Positions 1-9,107 of a DNA stretch of 47,570 nt are shown one piece after another (within the stretch, counting starts at the first letter, position 1; the number at the start of each line of letters is the position of its first letter). The DNA is from Candidatus Aenigmatarchaeota archaeon (GTDB taxonomy: Archaea; Aenigmatarchaeota; Aenigmatarchaeia; QMZP01; QMZT01): NCBI GenBank assembly GCA_003663325.1, contig QMZT01000003.1, positions 1-47,570 on the forward strand, in the 5' to 3' direction. Both the position numbers and the translations under genes were made by a program. A model generated the notes under the pieces. The model had not been told where the DNA came from, made no database searches, and was given only the letters and a program-made list of their open reading frames with translations.

Positions 1-2
1 TA

Positions 3-197
3 CTTTTCTTGGGAGAGGCAGAGTATATAGCAGGCAAGCCAGAGATAATAGTAACGGATAGCTTGCATGTATATCAAAAGGTCATAAGAAAGGTTTTTGG
101 AAGAAGAAAACCAAAGGTAAAGCATGTTATTGCCCATTTCAGGAAAGAGCTGGTTTTGCATAATGGCAAGCTCTTGCCTCATTCCAAAGGTTTCTAG
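3..197 (+). pseudogene. 3' fragment of a probable IS6-family-like DDE transposase, apparently truncated; the frame is open to the window's left edge
   Basis: KPEIIVTDSLHVYQKVIRKVF...VKHVIAHF resembles the P-x-x-I-x-T-D-x-x-x-x-Y...H region around the second catalytic Asp of IS6/IS240-type transposases. The expected downstream NN-x-x-E-R helix is absent before the stop at 195-197. Confidence 0.45.
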
Positions 198-285
198 ATA
201 TATTCTGGATATTATCTTAGAGTATGCATGGAAATTCTTGGAAAGGTTGTAAAATTTTCCAGAGTTAAGTTGGCAAGCCCACTTT

Positions 286-1239
286 CTATAACTTTTTATT
301 TTTACTTTTAATTTTGAACCATTCTATGAACTTTTTAACACCCTCTTCTATGCTTATTTTCGGCTCATACCCAAGCATTTCCTTTGCTTTTTCTATATTT
401 GCCCATGTATCGCTTACATCTCCAGCAGCCTTATCCACATATTCCCTCTTTATCCTTTTCCCAGAATATCTTTCTATTAAATCTACAAGCTCATTAACAC
501 TTATTCTCTTTCCATATCCGAGATTGAACACCTCGCCGTGTATATTTTTGTTTAATGCGAGAATAGTCCCAGAAACTATATCATCAATGTATGTGAAGTC
601 TCTGGTTTGATTACCATCACCATATATCTTTATGGGTTTGTCTTCAAATGCGAGCCGTGTAAATTTGTGTATAGCCTCATCCGGTCTCTGGCCTGGTCCA
701 TAAACAGTGAAAAACCTCAGGCATGTGCTTTTCAGCCCGTAGGTCTTATCAAAAAATAGGCAGTATTTCTCACCAGCAAGCTTTGTAATACCATATGGTG
801 ATATGGGATTTGTGGGATGCTTTTCATCTATGGGCAGATATATAGGATTGCCATAAACAGAGGAAGAAGAAGCATAAATGAATTTTTTTACCGATCCAAC
901 AGCTGCGCAGAGTAAATTCAAGGTTCCATTTATGTTAACATCATTGTATAGGTATGGATCCTTTATAGATGCTCTTACACCAGCCCTTGCAGCTATATGG
1001 ATTACTGCCTCTATACTATGCTCTTTAAATACCTTTCTTAAGAATCTCTCATTTCTTATATCCCCTTCATAAAAAATGAAGTTCTTGCTCTTGCTGAGAT
1101 GTGCTATGTTCTCCTTTTTAATCTCTTTGCTATAGTAAGGATCAAAATTATCTATTCCAACAATAACATTACCCTTCTCCAAAAGCTTACCTGCTAAATT
1201 GCTCCCTATAAATCCAGCTACACCGCTTATGAGTATCAT
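286..1239 (-). CDS. NAD-dependent nucleotide-sugar epimerase/dehydratase (UDP-glucose/UDP-glucuronate 4-epimerase family, extended SDR)
   Basis: GxxGxxG (SGVAGFIG), HIAARAGVR, SSSSVYG, YxxxK (YGITK), RFFTVYGP..RPD and RDFTYIDD motifs. Confidence 0.93.
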   Translation of the reverse strand: MILISGVAGFIGSNLAGKLLEKGNVIVGIDNFDPYYSKEIKKENIAHLSKSKNFIFYEGDIRNERFLRKVFKEHSIEAVIHIAARAGVRASIKDPYLYNDVNINGTLNLLCAAVGSVKKFIYASSSSVYGNPIYLPIDEKHPTNPISPYGITKLAGEKYCLFFDKTYGLKSTCLRFFTVYGPGQRPDEAIHKFTRLAFEDKPIKIYGDGNQTRDFTYIDDIVSGTILALNKNIHGEVFNLGYGKRISVNELVDLIERYSGKRIKREYVDKAAGDVSDTWANIEKAKEMLGYEPKISIEEGVKKFIEWFKIKSKNKKL

Positions 1240-1240
1240 G

Positions 1241-1735
1241 CTATCCCTGCTTATTGCTTTCGCTCTTTGTTTCCTCTAAGCTCTTCCTCATTTTTTCTAT
1301 TTCTTTTTTCTCTTCCTCTGTTAAAGGTCCCGCCTCAACGGTTATCCCTGCACTTCTTGCAGACCCTATAACTTGTCTTACGTAACTTTCATCATCACTG
1401 CCAAACTTTATCTTGGCTATTTTCCTTACTTGTTCCATTGTTAAATCCCCCACTCTCACCTTTCCCGCTAGCCCAGAGCCCTTATCTATGCCCAGCTCTT
1501 TTTTTATTAACGCGGAAACAGGCGGTGTGCCAACCTCTATCTCAAACTCCTTTGTTGCTGTATCAACTATCACCTTTACAGGAACCTTCATCCCAGCCAT
1601 ATCTTTTGTTCTTGCATTTATCTCATTAACAACCTTATTTATATCCACACCTAATGGACCCAAAGCAGGACCAAGAGGTGGTGCAGCTGTTGCCTTTCCA
1701 CCTTCAACCATTACCTCAACCTTTTCCTTTCCCAT
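1241..1735 (-). CDS. rpl11: 50S ribosomal protein L11 (uL11); an upstream in-frame ATG lies at 1750
   Basis: EGGKATAAPPLGPALGPLG, INARTK..GMKVPVK and IEVGTPPVSALIKKELG are archaeal L11 signatures. Confidence 0.96.
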   Translation of the reverse strand: MGKEKVEVMVEGGKATAAPPLGPALGPLGVDINKVVNEINARTKDMAGMKVPVKVIVDTATKEFEIEVGTPPVSALIKKELGIDKGSGLAGKVRVGDLTMEQVRKIAKIKFGSDDESYVRQVIGSARSAGITVEAGPLTEEEKKEIEKMRKSLEETKSESNKQG

Positions 1736-1787
1736 ATTTCTCTTATTCATGCCTATTTATTTAAAACTTTGCAATCAAACATAAAAC

Positions 1788-2327
1788 ATGACATTGCATT
1801 TGCAACCAAATGAGAAGATTTTGTATCAGGGTGAGCCAGATACCATGATACTGTTTATTTGGTTTTTTGGATGCATTCTGCTCTCTGCACCACTTGCATT
1901 TATGTTTATCCCCGTTTCTCTGCTGCTCAGCAAAGGCCTGTTTGCCTTTTTTAGTCCACTTTGGCTTGCAAGCACTTATTTAACATCTTTCATTATACTG
2001 GTCATAATTATCTTCTCATATCACATAGCGCTAAGAAAAACTTACAAATATTATATAACAAATGAGAGGGTGGTGTTTGAGGGTGGTATACTATTAAGAA
2101 GGGTTAAAAGTGTACCATATCACAAAATCACTGATGTTTCTGTTTCTCAGAATATATTGGAAAGAATCTTGGGTATATCAAAACTAAATATACATACCGC
2201 AGGTACAGGCATACCGAGCCCAGAGATACAATTTGTTGGTTTAACAGATCCGGAGATGCCACAATCTATAATTATGGAGCGCCTGAGAGCATTTAACCCA
2301 ATTAAATATCCTAACATTGGCGAATGA
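1788..2327 (+). CDS. Membrane-anchored bacterial-type PH domain protein (bPH_2/YdbS-like)
   Basis: Two TM helices, then YYITNERVVFEGGIL...VPYHKITDVSVSQNILERILGISKLNIHTAG. Confidence 0.85.
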   Translation: MTLHLQPNEKILYQGEPDTMILFIWFFGCILLSAPLAFMFIPVSLLLSKGLFAFFSPLWLASTYLTSFIILVIIIFSYHIALRKTYKYYITNERVVFEGGILLRRVKSVPYHKITDVSVSQNILERILGISKLNIHTAGTGIPSPEIQFVGLTDPEMPQSIIMERLRAFNPIKYPNIGE

Positions 2328-2533
2328 TTTTTTGAATGCAAGGTTAAAATATAGCTACACTGCACTTTTATCTGCAACGTTTAATCCAGAGCAGCACAGG
2401 TATTTGCACCTACACATCCCTTGGCAAGGAAAGAAGAAGATAAAACAATTTACCAGCTCAGAATTAAAGCCCTTTTAAATAGTTTTCCATAAATCATATT
2501 CCTTGCTTTCTAGATGTTTCTTCACCAAAGGTT

Positions 2534-3115
2534 TTATTTGCATAAACCATACCTCTTTAATACCTCTTCAATCCTTTTCTCAAGCTCTTCCACACTTCCA
2601 TCATTCTTTATAATCACATCATAGATACTTTTATCATTCATGTCAATCCTGTAAAGCTTTAGGTATATTCCTCTGTCCGTTTTATCCCTCTCCGTTATTT
2701 TTTTCAATGCCTCTTCCTTTGTTATCCCTTCTCTGTCAGCAACCCTCTCTGCTCTTAGGCTTAGGGGACATTCAACAAATATCTTTAAATCTGCATTGCT
2801 ATCAAGCACCCATGCCCCAAGTCTCGAATCTACTACTACATTGCCTCTTAGCCCTCTTTCTAATGTTTTCTTATCCACCATGTAATCTATCTCTTTGCCC
2901 CTTTTTTTAACAAATTCTTCCAAGCTAATGCTTCTTTTCTCCCTGAATACAGAGGCCGGATAAAAATATTCTACGCTAAGCTTTTTGGCTATGATCTTTG
3001 CTGCTGTGCTTTTTCCAGAACCAGAAAGGCCAGAAACGGTTATCGTAACACCTTGCTTTTTAAGCCTTTTTTTAAGCCTTTTTTCTGTCTCTTCCAAAAA
3101 TTTTATTCTGGTCAT
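2534..3115 (-). CDS. cmk: Archaeal-type cytidylate kinase
   Basis: ITVSGLSGSGKST P-loop, VVDSRLGAW, RAERVADREG, LYRID..D.SIYD. Confidence 0.9.
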   Translation of the reverse strand: MTRIKFLEETEKRLKKRLKKQGVTITVSGLSGSGKSTAAKIIAKKLSVEYFYPASVFREKRSISLEEFVKKRGKEIDYMVDKKTLERGLRGNVVVDSRLGAWVLDSNADLKIFVECPLSLRAERVADREGITKEEALKKITERDKTDRGIYLKLYRIDMNDKSIYDVIIKNDGSVEELEKRIEEVLKRYGLCK

Positions 3116-3134
3116 AAATATCTTTTAGGATTAA

Positions 3135-3608
3135 TTATTTTATTCCCTTGCTCTTAACGTATTCATAAACCTCTTTAGGTACGTACTTTTGCCAATCCTC
3201 ACCACTTTTCATCATTTCCCTTATATTTGTCCCACTTATTATATACCTTTCATAAAACTTATGCCTTATTACCTTTATCCCAGCTTCTTCAAAACATCTA
3301 ATAGTCCACGGATTTCTAGAGTATACCACATCAAATTTACATAGCTTCTTTATCGCTTCAACCCATTTTTTACAATCATTGAAGTCTTTTACAGCATAAA
3401 TCTCATAGCTTATGTTTTCCTTTGCTAAAACCTTTTCTATCATCTCCATCCGCTCAGCAACATTGAATGGATTATCGCTTGTTCCTGATTTGTCTGCACT
3501 CCCTATTATTATTATAACCTTTCCGTGCTTCTTTGCAATATCCCTTATAACCATTAAATGACCTTTATGAAATGGTTGAAATCTGCCGACAAATAAGGCA
3601 TCACTCAT
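3135..3608 (-). CDS. nadM: Nicotinamide-nucleotide adenylyltransferase (archaeal NadM)
   Basis: GRFQPFHKGH (HxGH), IGSA, NPF..ER, ISGTNIR and WQKYVP motifs. Confidence 0.92.
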   Translation of the reverse strand: MSDALFVGRFQPFHKGHLMVIRDIAKKHGKVIIIIGSADKSGTSDNPFNVAERMEMIEKVLAKENISYEIYAVKDFNDCKKWVEAIKKLCKFDVVYSRNPWTIRCFEEAGIKVIRHKFYERYIISGTNIREMMKSGEDWQKYVPKEVYEYVKSKGIK

Positions 3609-3849
3609 ATATAATCCTCTTTATAGCCGAAGCTATAGATATTGCTTTATCTTTATCGGTGGTGTGGATAAGCATCCTGCCAGATGGATATATGCTAACA
3701 TCAATCCCTTTGTACTTAACTATAATAACAATCCTTGTTTTTATCTTAATCTCATCAAAATAGTTTGCTATTTTATAAAGATCCAATTTCATTTCCCTTT
3801 CTGGGATAAATTCAAACGCATCCGAGCCTTTGCACGGTTTTATAATCAT
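3601..3849 (-). CDS. Small hypothetical protein (82 aa), translationally coupled between thiI and nadM
   Basis: Overlaps the thiI stop by 4 nt and the nadM start by 8 nt; ...VSIYPSGRMLIH..DKDKA pattern suggests a compact alpha/beta fold. Confidence 0.75.
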   Translation of the reverse strand: MIIKPCKGSDAFEFIPEREMKLDLYKIANYFDEIKIKTRIVIIVKYKGIDVSIYPSGRMLIHTTDKDKAISIASAIKRIIYE

Positions 3850-4979
3850 ATTTCAAGAACCTCCGCTTCTTTGATTGCATTATCTATTAATTCTTGCAAT
3901 CCTTTTATCTTATCTTCCTCTTCTTCCAAGGTTTTTGGTTCAGATTTTGTAGCAGGCCTTTTGTGTGTTAGCGGACATGGTGATGATATCTTGGATGATT
4001 TTTCATACACGCCAATCTGCTTAGCCATCTCTATTATTTCATTTTTATCAAACCCTACAAGCGGTCTTAAGATGAGCATAGTTGAAGCTTTACCAACGCT
4101 TGCCATATTTTCAAGTGTTTGGCTTGCTACTTGAGATAAATTTTCTCCGCTAACCAAAGCCTTTGCATTTCTCATGCGTGCTATCTTTTCTGCAATTCTT
4201 ATCATTATTCTTCTTCCTATGAGGCATGCATACTTAATATGGCAATAATTCATTACACCTTCTTCGATCTTAGCAAAAGGTATGATATAAAGTCTCAGGC
4301 TTTTTGGATAGTATTTTCTAAGAACCTTGGCTACAGCTATAACCCTTTCCCTATCCGATTTAGGGGAGAATGGATAATTATAAAAGTATACAAGCTCAAT
4401 GCTACAGCCTCTTTTCATCATCATGAAGCTTGCAACAGCAGAGTCAAAGCCACCAGAGAATAAGCTAATAACCCTTCCCGCTGTTGAGATGGGCATACCA
4501 CCTAGTCCCTTTTCCCTTTCCATGTATACATAGGAATTATCTTTTCTTATATCCACATATATAACCTTGTCTGGATTTTCCAAGTCTACCTTTCTTTTTA
4601 TTAAGGCTCCGAGCATGCGTTCCATTTCCTTGCTTGTATATTTAAAGCCTTTCCATGATCTGTTCACACTTATTGCAAAACTTTCTCCACACCTTATGCC
4701 TTTTGCCATTTTTCTGACAGCTTTGGCTATACTTTCATAGTCGGTTTCAACTTCTTCAGCAAAAGAAAAGGATGTTATACCAAAGACGTTTTTGAGTACC
4801 TTGCCAGCGCTTTTGTTTGCATATACAAAAATCTTGTCCCTTTCTTTTCTTATTTTAAACTTTATACCCCTTTCTATTAGCATGGATTTTATATTGTCTA
4901 CGAGCTTGTTTAGAAATATCCTTTTAACGGGCTCCGACTTCAGCCACAGCTCCCCAAGATTTACAACAAACAGCTTCAT
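3846..4979 (-). CDS. thiI: tRNA 4-thiouridine(8) synthase ThiI (no rhodanese domain)
   Basis: GELWLKS, THUMP region, GLGGMP..TAG, PP-loop SGGFDS, GENLSQVASQTLEN, RPLVGFDK.EI. Confidence 0.95.
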   Translation of the reverse strand: MKLFVVNLGELWLKSEPVKRIFLNKLVDNIKSMLIERGIKFKIRKERDKIFVYANKSAGKVLKNVFGITSFSFAEEVETDYESIAKAVRKMAKGIRCGESFAISVNRSWKGFKYTSKEMERMLGALIKRKVDLENPDKVIYVDIRKDNSYVYMEREKGLGGMPISTAGRVISLFSGGFDSAVASFMMMKRGCSIELVYFYNYPFSPKSDRERVIAVAKVLRKYYPKSLRLYIIPFAKIEEGVMNYCHIKYACLIGRRIMIRIAEKIARMRNAKALVSGENLSQVASQTLENMASVGKASTMLILRPLVGFDKNEIIEMAKQIGVYEKSSKISSPCPLTHKRPATKSEPKTLEEEEDKIKGLQELIDNAIKEAEVLEI

Positions 4980-4989
4980 ATGCCCACTG

Positions 4990-5811
4990 CTATATTATTT
5001 TAAATGTGGTTTCACCCTCTATAAAATATCCATATTTTGCAACCACATTAATATATTTCTCAGCCAGCTCAGAACCTTTAACCTTAAGTGTGCATGAGAC
5101 GCTACCTTCTTTTCCATCCCACAGATACACATCTTTGTTACACCCACTTGCTGAGCCATTGCCTTCTACTTTTATTCTAACTCTGTACCATTCCTCCTTG
5201 TTTTTGCAATTTTCTTTACACACTGTGCCACTGCCAACATTTCTTACGTTTATTGTGAGGGGTATCTCCACCATGTTGCTTTTACGTACCACAGCGCTCT
5301 TTGACTTTATATCGATCATTAGCGGGGAATTTGTATGCTTATACTCACCCAACGATATAGTTTCTTTGCCTTGTTTCATTCTTAAAAGCTCTTTTCTGCT
5401 CATGAGCATTATTTTCTTTGAAGCAATAGATAGGTATTTGTAATATATCCTGAGCCTGGGATTGTACACCATACCTTTATGTTCCTCCTTTGCCTTGCAT
5501 TTCCATGTACAATATGCTATCTCTCCATCAATATTATTCTCAACATCCACACCCTTCATGCTACTAACCATCTTGCATGTCTTCTCGCAACCAAGGCTAT
5601 CATCTATATTAAGAACAAAATCAACGTCCTTTGCTTCAACATCACCAACATTCTTTATTCTTGCATACATGCTGAACTCATCACCTGCCTCAATCATATC
5701 CGTGTCGCTCCTAAACTCTTGTATAACAATACCACCAATGTTATTGCTGCTGCTACTAATACATCCTGCCACCATTACTATAGCAAGAATGAAAAAGCTT
5801 ACCCTTTTCAT
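4990..5811 (-). CDS. Putative lipoprotein with two Ig-like beta-sandwich domains (paralog 4 of tandem array)
   Basis: Lipobox VAGC; IKNVGDVEAK; C..W.C; Y.Y motif mid-protein; NVGSG; C-terminal YGY. Confidence 0.8.
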   Translation of the reverse strand: MKRVSFFILAIVMVAGCISSSSNNIGGIVIQEFRSDTDMIEAGDEFSMYARIKNVGDVEAKDVDFVLNIDDSLGCEKTCKMVSSMKGVDVENNIDGEIAYCTWKCKAKEEHKGMVYNPRLRIYYKYLSIASKKIMLMSRKELLRMKQGKETISLGEYKHTNSPLMIDIKSKSAVVRKSNMVEIPLTINVRNVGSGTVCKENCKNKEEWYRVRIKVEGNGSASGCNKDVYLWDGKEGSVSCTLKVKGSELAEKYINVVAKYGYFIEGETTFKII

Positions 5812-6659
5812 CTTTCACCCAAAACCCTTATATAAGTTTCGCCCTCTATCACATATCCATACTCCGCCACAACCCTTATTTTTTTCTGCACAATTCCTTT
5901 AACATTACTTACAATAAGCTTGCATGTAACTGTTTGCTCCTTTGTATAACGTATCTTTACCTCCATACTACTTTCACAATTCTTTAAGGCCATACCATCA
6001 TCTACATCTATCGTAAGCTTTAATTTGTTCCATTCCTCTTCATTACAGCTCTCACTATCTAAGCACACCAAACCATTTCCAATATTCCTTATTTTTATCG
6101 AGAATGGAACCTCTACACTATCCTTGTAAACAATTATAGGGGTTTCCATATTGATAGATATATCAACGGGTGATCTTGTTTTGCTAATAGGCGATGCTGG
6201 TAGTGTTTTTCCCATGTTCTTAAGATTTATCATTTCTTTTCTTTCCATAATATTAACGCCTTGAACAAGGATTGTCTTGTAATTGTAGAAAACCTTTACC
6301 TTTGGTCTGTACTCTATTCCTAATCCCTTTTCCCTAACCTTATATTTCCATGTACATATTTGTTCTTCTCCTTCGATACCTTCCTTGCTTGGAAGTAAAA
6401 CATTGCCCTTGCCTTTTTTACATTCCTCCTCGTTTGGAGAAAGTTCTTCCTTAAGCCCCAATAATTCAGCGTGCACGTTCTTTGCCTCAACATCCCCCAC
6501 ATTCTTTATCCTCAGCATGAATGTCACATCCTCACCGCTATACACCTCGCTTATCTCTGGCTTAAAGTCTAGTATAATAACACCACCACTATTACCTTTA
6601 AAAGATACACAACCAGATATCAGCAAAACTATCGCCAGAATACAAAGATAGTGCTTCAT
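5808..6659 (-). CDS. Putative lipoprotein with two Ig-like domains (paralog 3)
   Basis: Lipobox ISGC; IKNVGDVEAK; CTWKY; YNYKT; NIGNG; C-terminal YGY. Confidence 0.8.
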   Translation of the reverse strand: MKHYLCILAIVLLISGCVSFKGNSGGVIILDFKPEISEVYSGEDVTFMLRIKNVGDVEAKNVHAELLGLKEELSPNEEECKKGKGNVLLPSKEGIEGEEQICTWKYKVREKGLGIEYRPKVKVFYNYKTILVQGVNIMERKEMINLKNMGKTLPASPISKTRSPVDISINMETPIIVYKDSVEVPFSIKIRNIGNGLVCLDSESCNEEEWNKLKLTIDVDDGMALKNCESSMEVKIRYTKEQTVTCKLIVSNVKGIVQKKIRVVAEYGYVIEGETYIRVLGER

Positions 6660-6679
6660 ATTTAAATTTTATGGGAATG

Positions 6680-7612
6680 TTATAAAAACTCTTCAGTACC
6701 CACAACCTCTATACTCGTCTTTGCATCAACATAATATATATATCCTATCTCAACCTCGAAGTTCCTCTTTTCTTTATTTGTTGGCGGTTCAATTATCCTG
6801 AATTCACATGTCAGATCAACATCCCTTCCATTCCATAACTTCACAACCCTTCCGAATGAAGGTCTTGTTAGGGATGCAGGAACATCTTTATAGAGCTCTC
6901 CAGCTGCCTCATAAGTTATTGTTGGACATTCACCAACTGGTGCAACGCCATTTGGCCATTTCACCTCTATAAACAAAGGATAATCCTTTCCAGCTACATA
7001 CCCATTACCAATATTTTCTATATGAATTTGAAGCTGAAACTTTGTATCACGCCAATCCGTTGATCTTACAAATCTTCCCGTCTTTATCTCAACATTTAGC
7101 GGGCCTGCCGTTACTGTTGTTGGTTCGCTCTCAAGCGTACCACCTACTCTCACAATCTTCTTGAGCTCTTCTGTTGTTACAAACCATACCGGCTTTGTTG
7201 CTATTGTTTTATATAGATAGTATACCCTTGCTATTGGTTCATATGTTAATCTTTGACCCCTTCTTAGAGAAGGTGCTGTAATGCGCCAATCAACACCGGC
7301 CCTGCCTCCCTCTGTCCCGGCATCTTTATCAGGGGCGAGCAAGCTACCAAGATTTTTATAACGATCTATAACATTCCATTCACTCAAATCAATGCCTGTG
7401 AGCTCTGCAACAACGGGAGCATCCGTATAATCCCCTGTATTTTGTACTTCTAAATGCAAGCTTACCTCCTCTCCGGATTCCACACTCTTTAACGCAGGCT
7501 CAAACGTATTTATAACAATACCGCTGCCTGTTGTTGTGCCTTGTTGGACACAACCAGAAATAAGGAGAACAGCAAGCAATGCAAAAACCAAATACTTACC
7601 CCTTTCCATCAT
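6680..7612 (-). CDS. Putative lipoprotein with two Ig-like domains (paralog 2)
   Basis: Lipobox ISGC; VQNTGD; VDWRI; YLYKT; GP; NIGNG; C-terminal YIY. Confidence 0.8.
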   Translation of the reverse strand: MMERGKYLVFALLAVLLISGCVQQGTTTGSGIVINTFEPALKSVESGEEVSLHLEVQNTGDYTDAPVVAELTGIDLSEWNVIDRYKNLGSLLAPDKDAGTEGGRAGVDWRITAPSLRRGQRLTYEPIARVYYLYKTIATKPVWFVTTEELKKIVRVGGTLESEPTTVTAGPLNVEIKTGRFVRSTDWRDTKFQLQIHIENIGNGYVAGKDYPLFIEVKWPNGVAPVGECPTITYEAAGELYKDVPASLTRPSFGRVVKLWNGRDVDLTCEFRIIEPPTNKEKRNFEVEIGYIYYVDAKTSIEVVGTEEFL

Positions 7613-7654
7613 CTCCCCTTATTTTATAATTGTGTTTAACTTTTTATATATATG

Positions 7655-8572
7655 TTACACACTGAGCGGTGGCTTAACATCAACCCTTATTGTTTTCCTA
7701 AAGCTATAGGTGTATTCTATTTTAGCATTGATCCAGTATGTCTTTTCAAGCTCAACCCTTTCCCCACCCCCTAGTTTAATCTCACAGACATAGAATGGTG
7801 ATTTTCTTCCTATAATTCTTATTTCTTTTGCTTTCTTTTTACAATCTTCTACCCCAGTTATTCCTTCTCCCTTTAATTCTCGCAGCTTTATCTTATCCCC
7901 ATAAAGCTCTCCTTTCCCCTTGTTTTCGATCCAAAACCTCATTAGTCCGCTGCCTTCGTTATCTTCAACAATGATCGGCTGGCCGCGAACCTCAACATAG
8001 GGCTTTATCGGACCCTCGCCAACAGAAATTCTCGCTGTTGAGCTTATCTTCTTTCCTTCCATCAATAATCTTTCATACTCCTTTTTATTCACAAATGTAA
8101 CAGAAGAGGTGGAATGCGTTATATATTCATATTTAACCATTATTCCAATATCGCATGTATTCTCAACACTAACCCTTTTTGCCTTCAATTTCCATTCTAT
8201 TATTCCTGTTGATTGCGGACCCAATGTACCAATATTACATGTTCTTTCACCCTCTTTCTTTCCTCCTTTGTCACCACTACAACTTATGAGGTTTATATCA
8301 AAGAGATTGCAATCGTTGTAAAGAGAAACCTTAACATTCTGAGGCTCTCTTTCTGAGCTTTCCATAACATTTTTTATATAAACCCTCAATGTCGCACTTT
8401 CCCCAGACCTTATCTCACTTGAAGGGGTTACTCTTATCATATCTATCACAACAACATCATCGCTATACTCTTTAACGCTTGCTCCTAAAAAGGGTAGCTC
8501 GATGTTCGTTCCCGGAATTGTGCAACCAGAGATCAAAACAATTAAAGCAACAACAGCGATATACTTTTTCAT
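7655..8572 (-). CDS. Putative lipoprotein with two Ig-like domains (paralog 1)
   Basis: Lipobox ISGC; IEWKL; YEYIT; GP; NKGKG; C-terminal YTY. Confidence 0.8.
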   Translation of the reverse strand: MKKYIAVVALIVLISGCTIPGTNIELPFLGASVKEYSDDVVVIDMIRVTPSSEIRSGESATLRVYIKNVMESSEREPQNVKVSLYNDCNLFDINLISCSGDKGGKKEGERTCNIGTLGPQSTGIIEWKLKAKRVSVENTCDIGIMVKYEYITHSTSSVTFVNKKEYERLLMEGKKISSTARISVGEGPIKPYVEVRGQPIIVEDNEGSGLMRFWIENKGKGELYGDKIKLRELKGEGITGVEDCKKKAKEIRIIGRKSPFYVCEIKLGGGERVELEKTYWINAKIEYTYSFRKTIRVDVKPPLSV

Positions 8573-8633
8573 ATTTAATATTTTTTTCTGAAAAAATAAA
8601 AATACATTTAACTCCTTTTGCGAATTAAATAGT

Positions 8634-9107
8634 ATGAAAGGTCAGATGGTGCTAGAGTTTATAGTAGCTGGAATTATATTTTTTGCCGCGCTAGTTTTCA
8701 TGTTTAATTATATAAATACAAATGTTAATGCCGTCAGGGGAAGCGCTTATATTGACACGCTAAATGCTAAGCTTGTTCAAATCTCCGATATATTGGTTAA
8801 TCCAACAAACAAAGACCTTTCCTTAACCAAAGAATGGTTTGTTTTTGATAATAACAAGATAACAACATTTAAGAATACATATTGCGCCGATGCAGCAGGC
8901 TATAAAAAACTTTCAAATAAGCTAGGACTGGCAAGAAAAAGTATAACGGGTAGTGAGATTATGAACCACATAAATATAACGCTTTCAACAAATAACATGG
9001 TGATTTTAACATGTGGTAAACAGCCACCCGGTATAATGGGATACAGCGTAAAGAGGTTTGGTGTGTTTGGGAATAGTATAGCGACACTAACAATAATATT
9101 ATGGTAG
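8634..9107 (+). CDS. Type IV pilin-like protein with class III signal peptide
   Basis: N-terminus MKG|QMVLEFIVAGIIFFAALVF: KG cleavage site, Q+1, E+5, then a hydrophobic helix. Confidence 0.8.
   Translation: MKGQMVLEFIVAGIIFFAALVFMFNYINTNVNAVRGSAYIDTLNAKLVQISDILVNPTNKDLSLTKEWFVFDNNKITTFKNTYCADAAGYKKLSNKLGLARKSITGSEIMNHINITLSTNNMVILTCGKQPPGIMGYSVKRFGVFGNSIATLTIILW

Noticed and set aside
9-197. Thymidylate synthase C-terminus (SLHVY motif)
   Set aside because: Only a short motif match; the surrounding P-x-x-I-V-T-D...Y...KH pattern fits a DDE transposase fragment better.
3056-3084. Short tandem repeat TTTTTAAGCCTT
   Set aside because: It simply encodes the KRLKKRLKK stretch of the Cmk N-terminus; only two copies.
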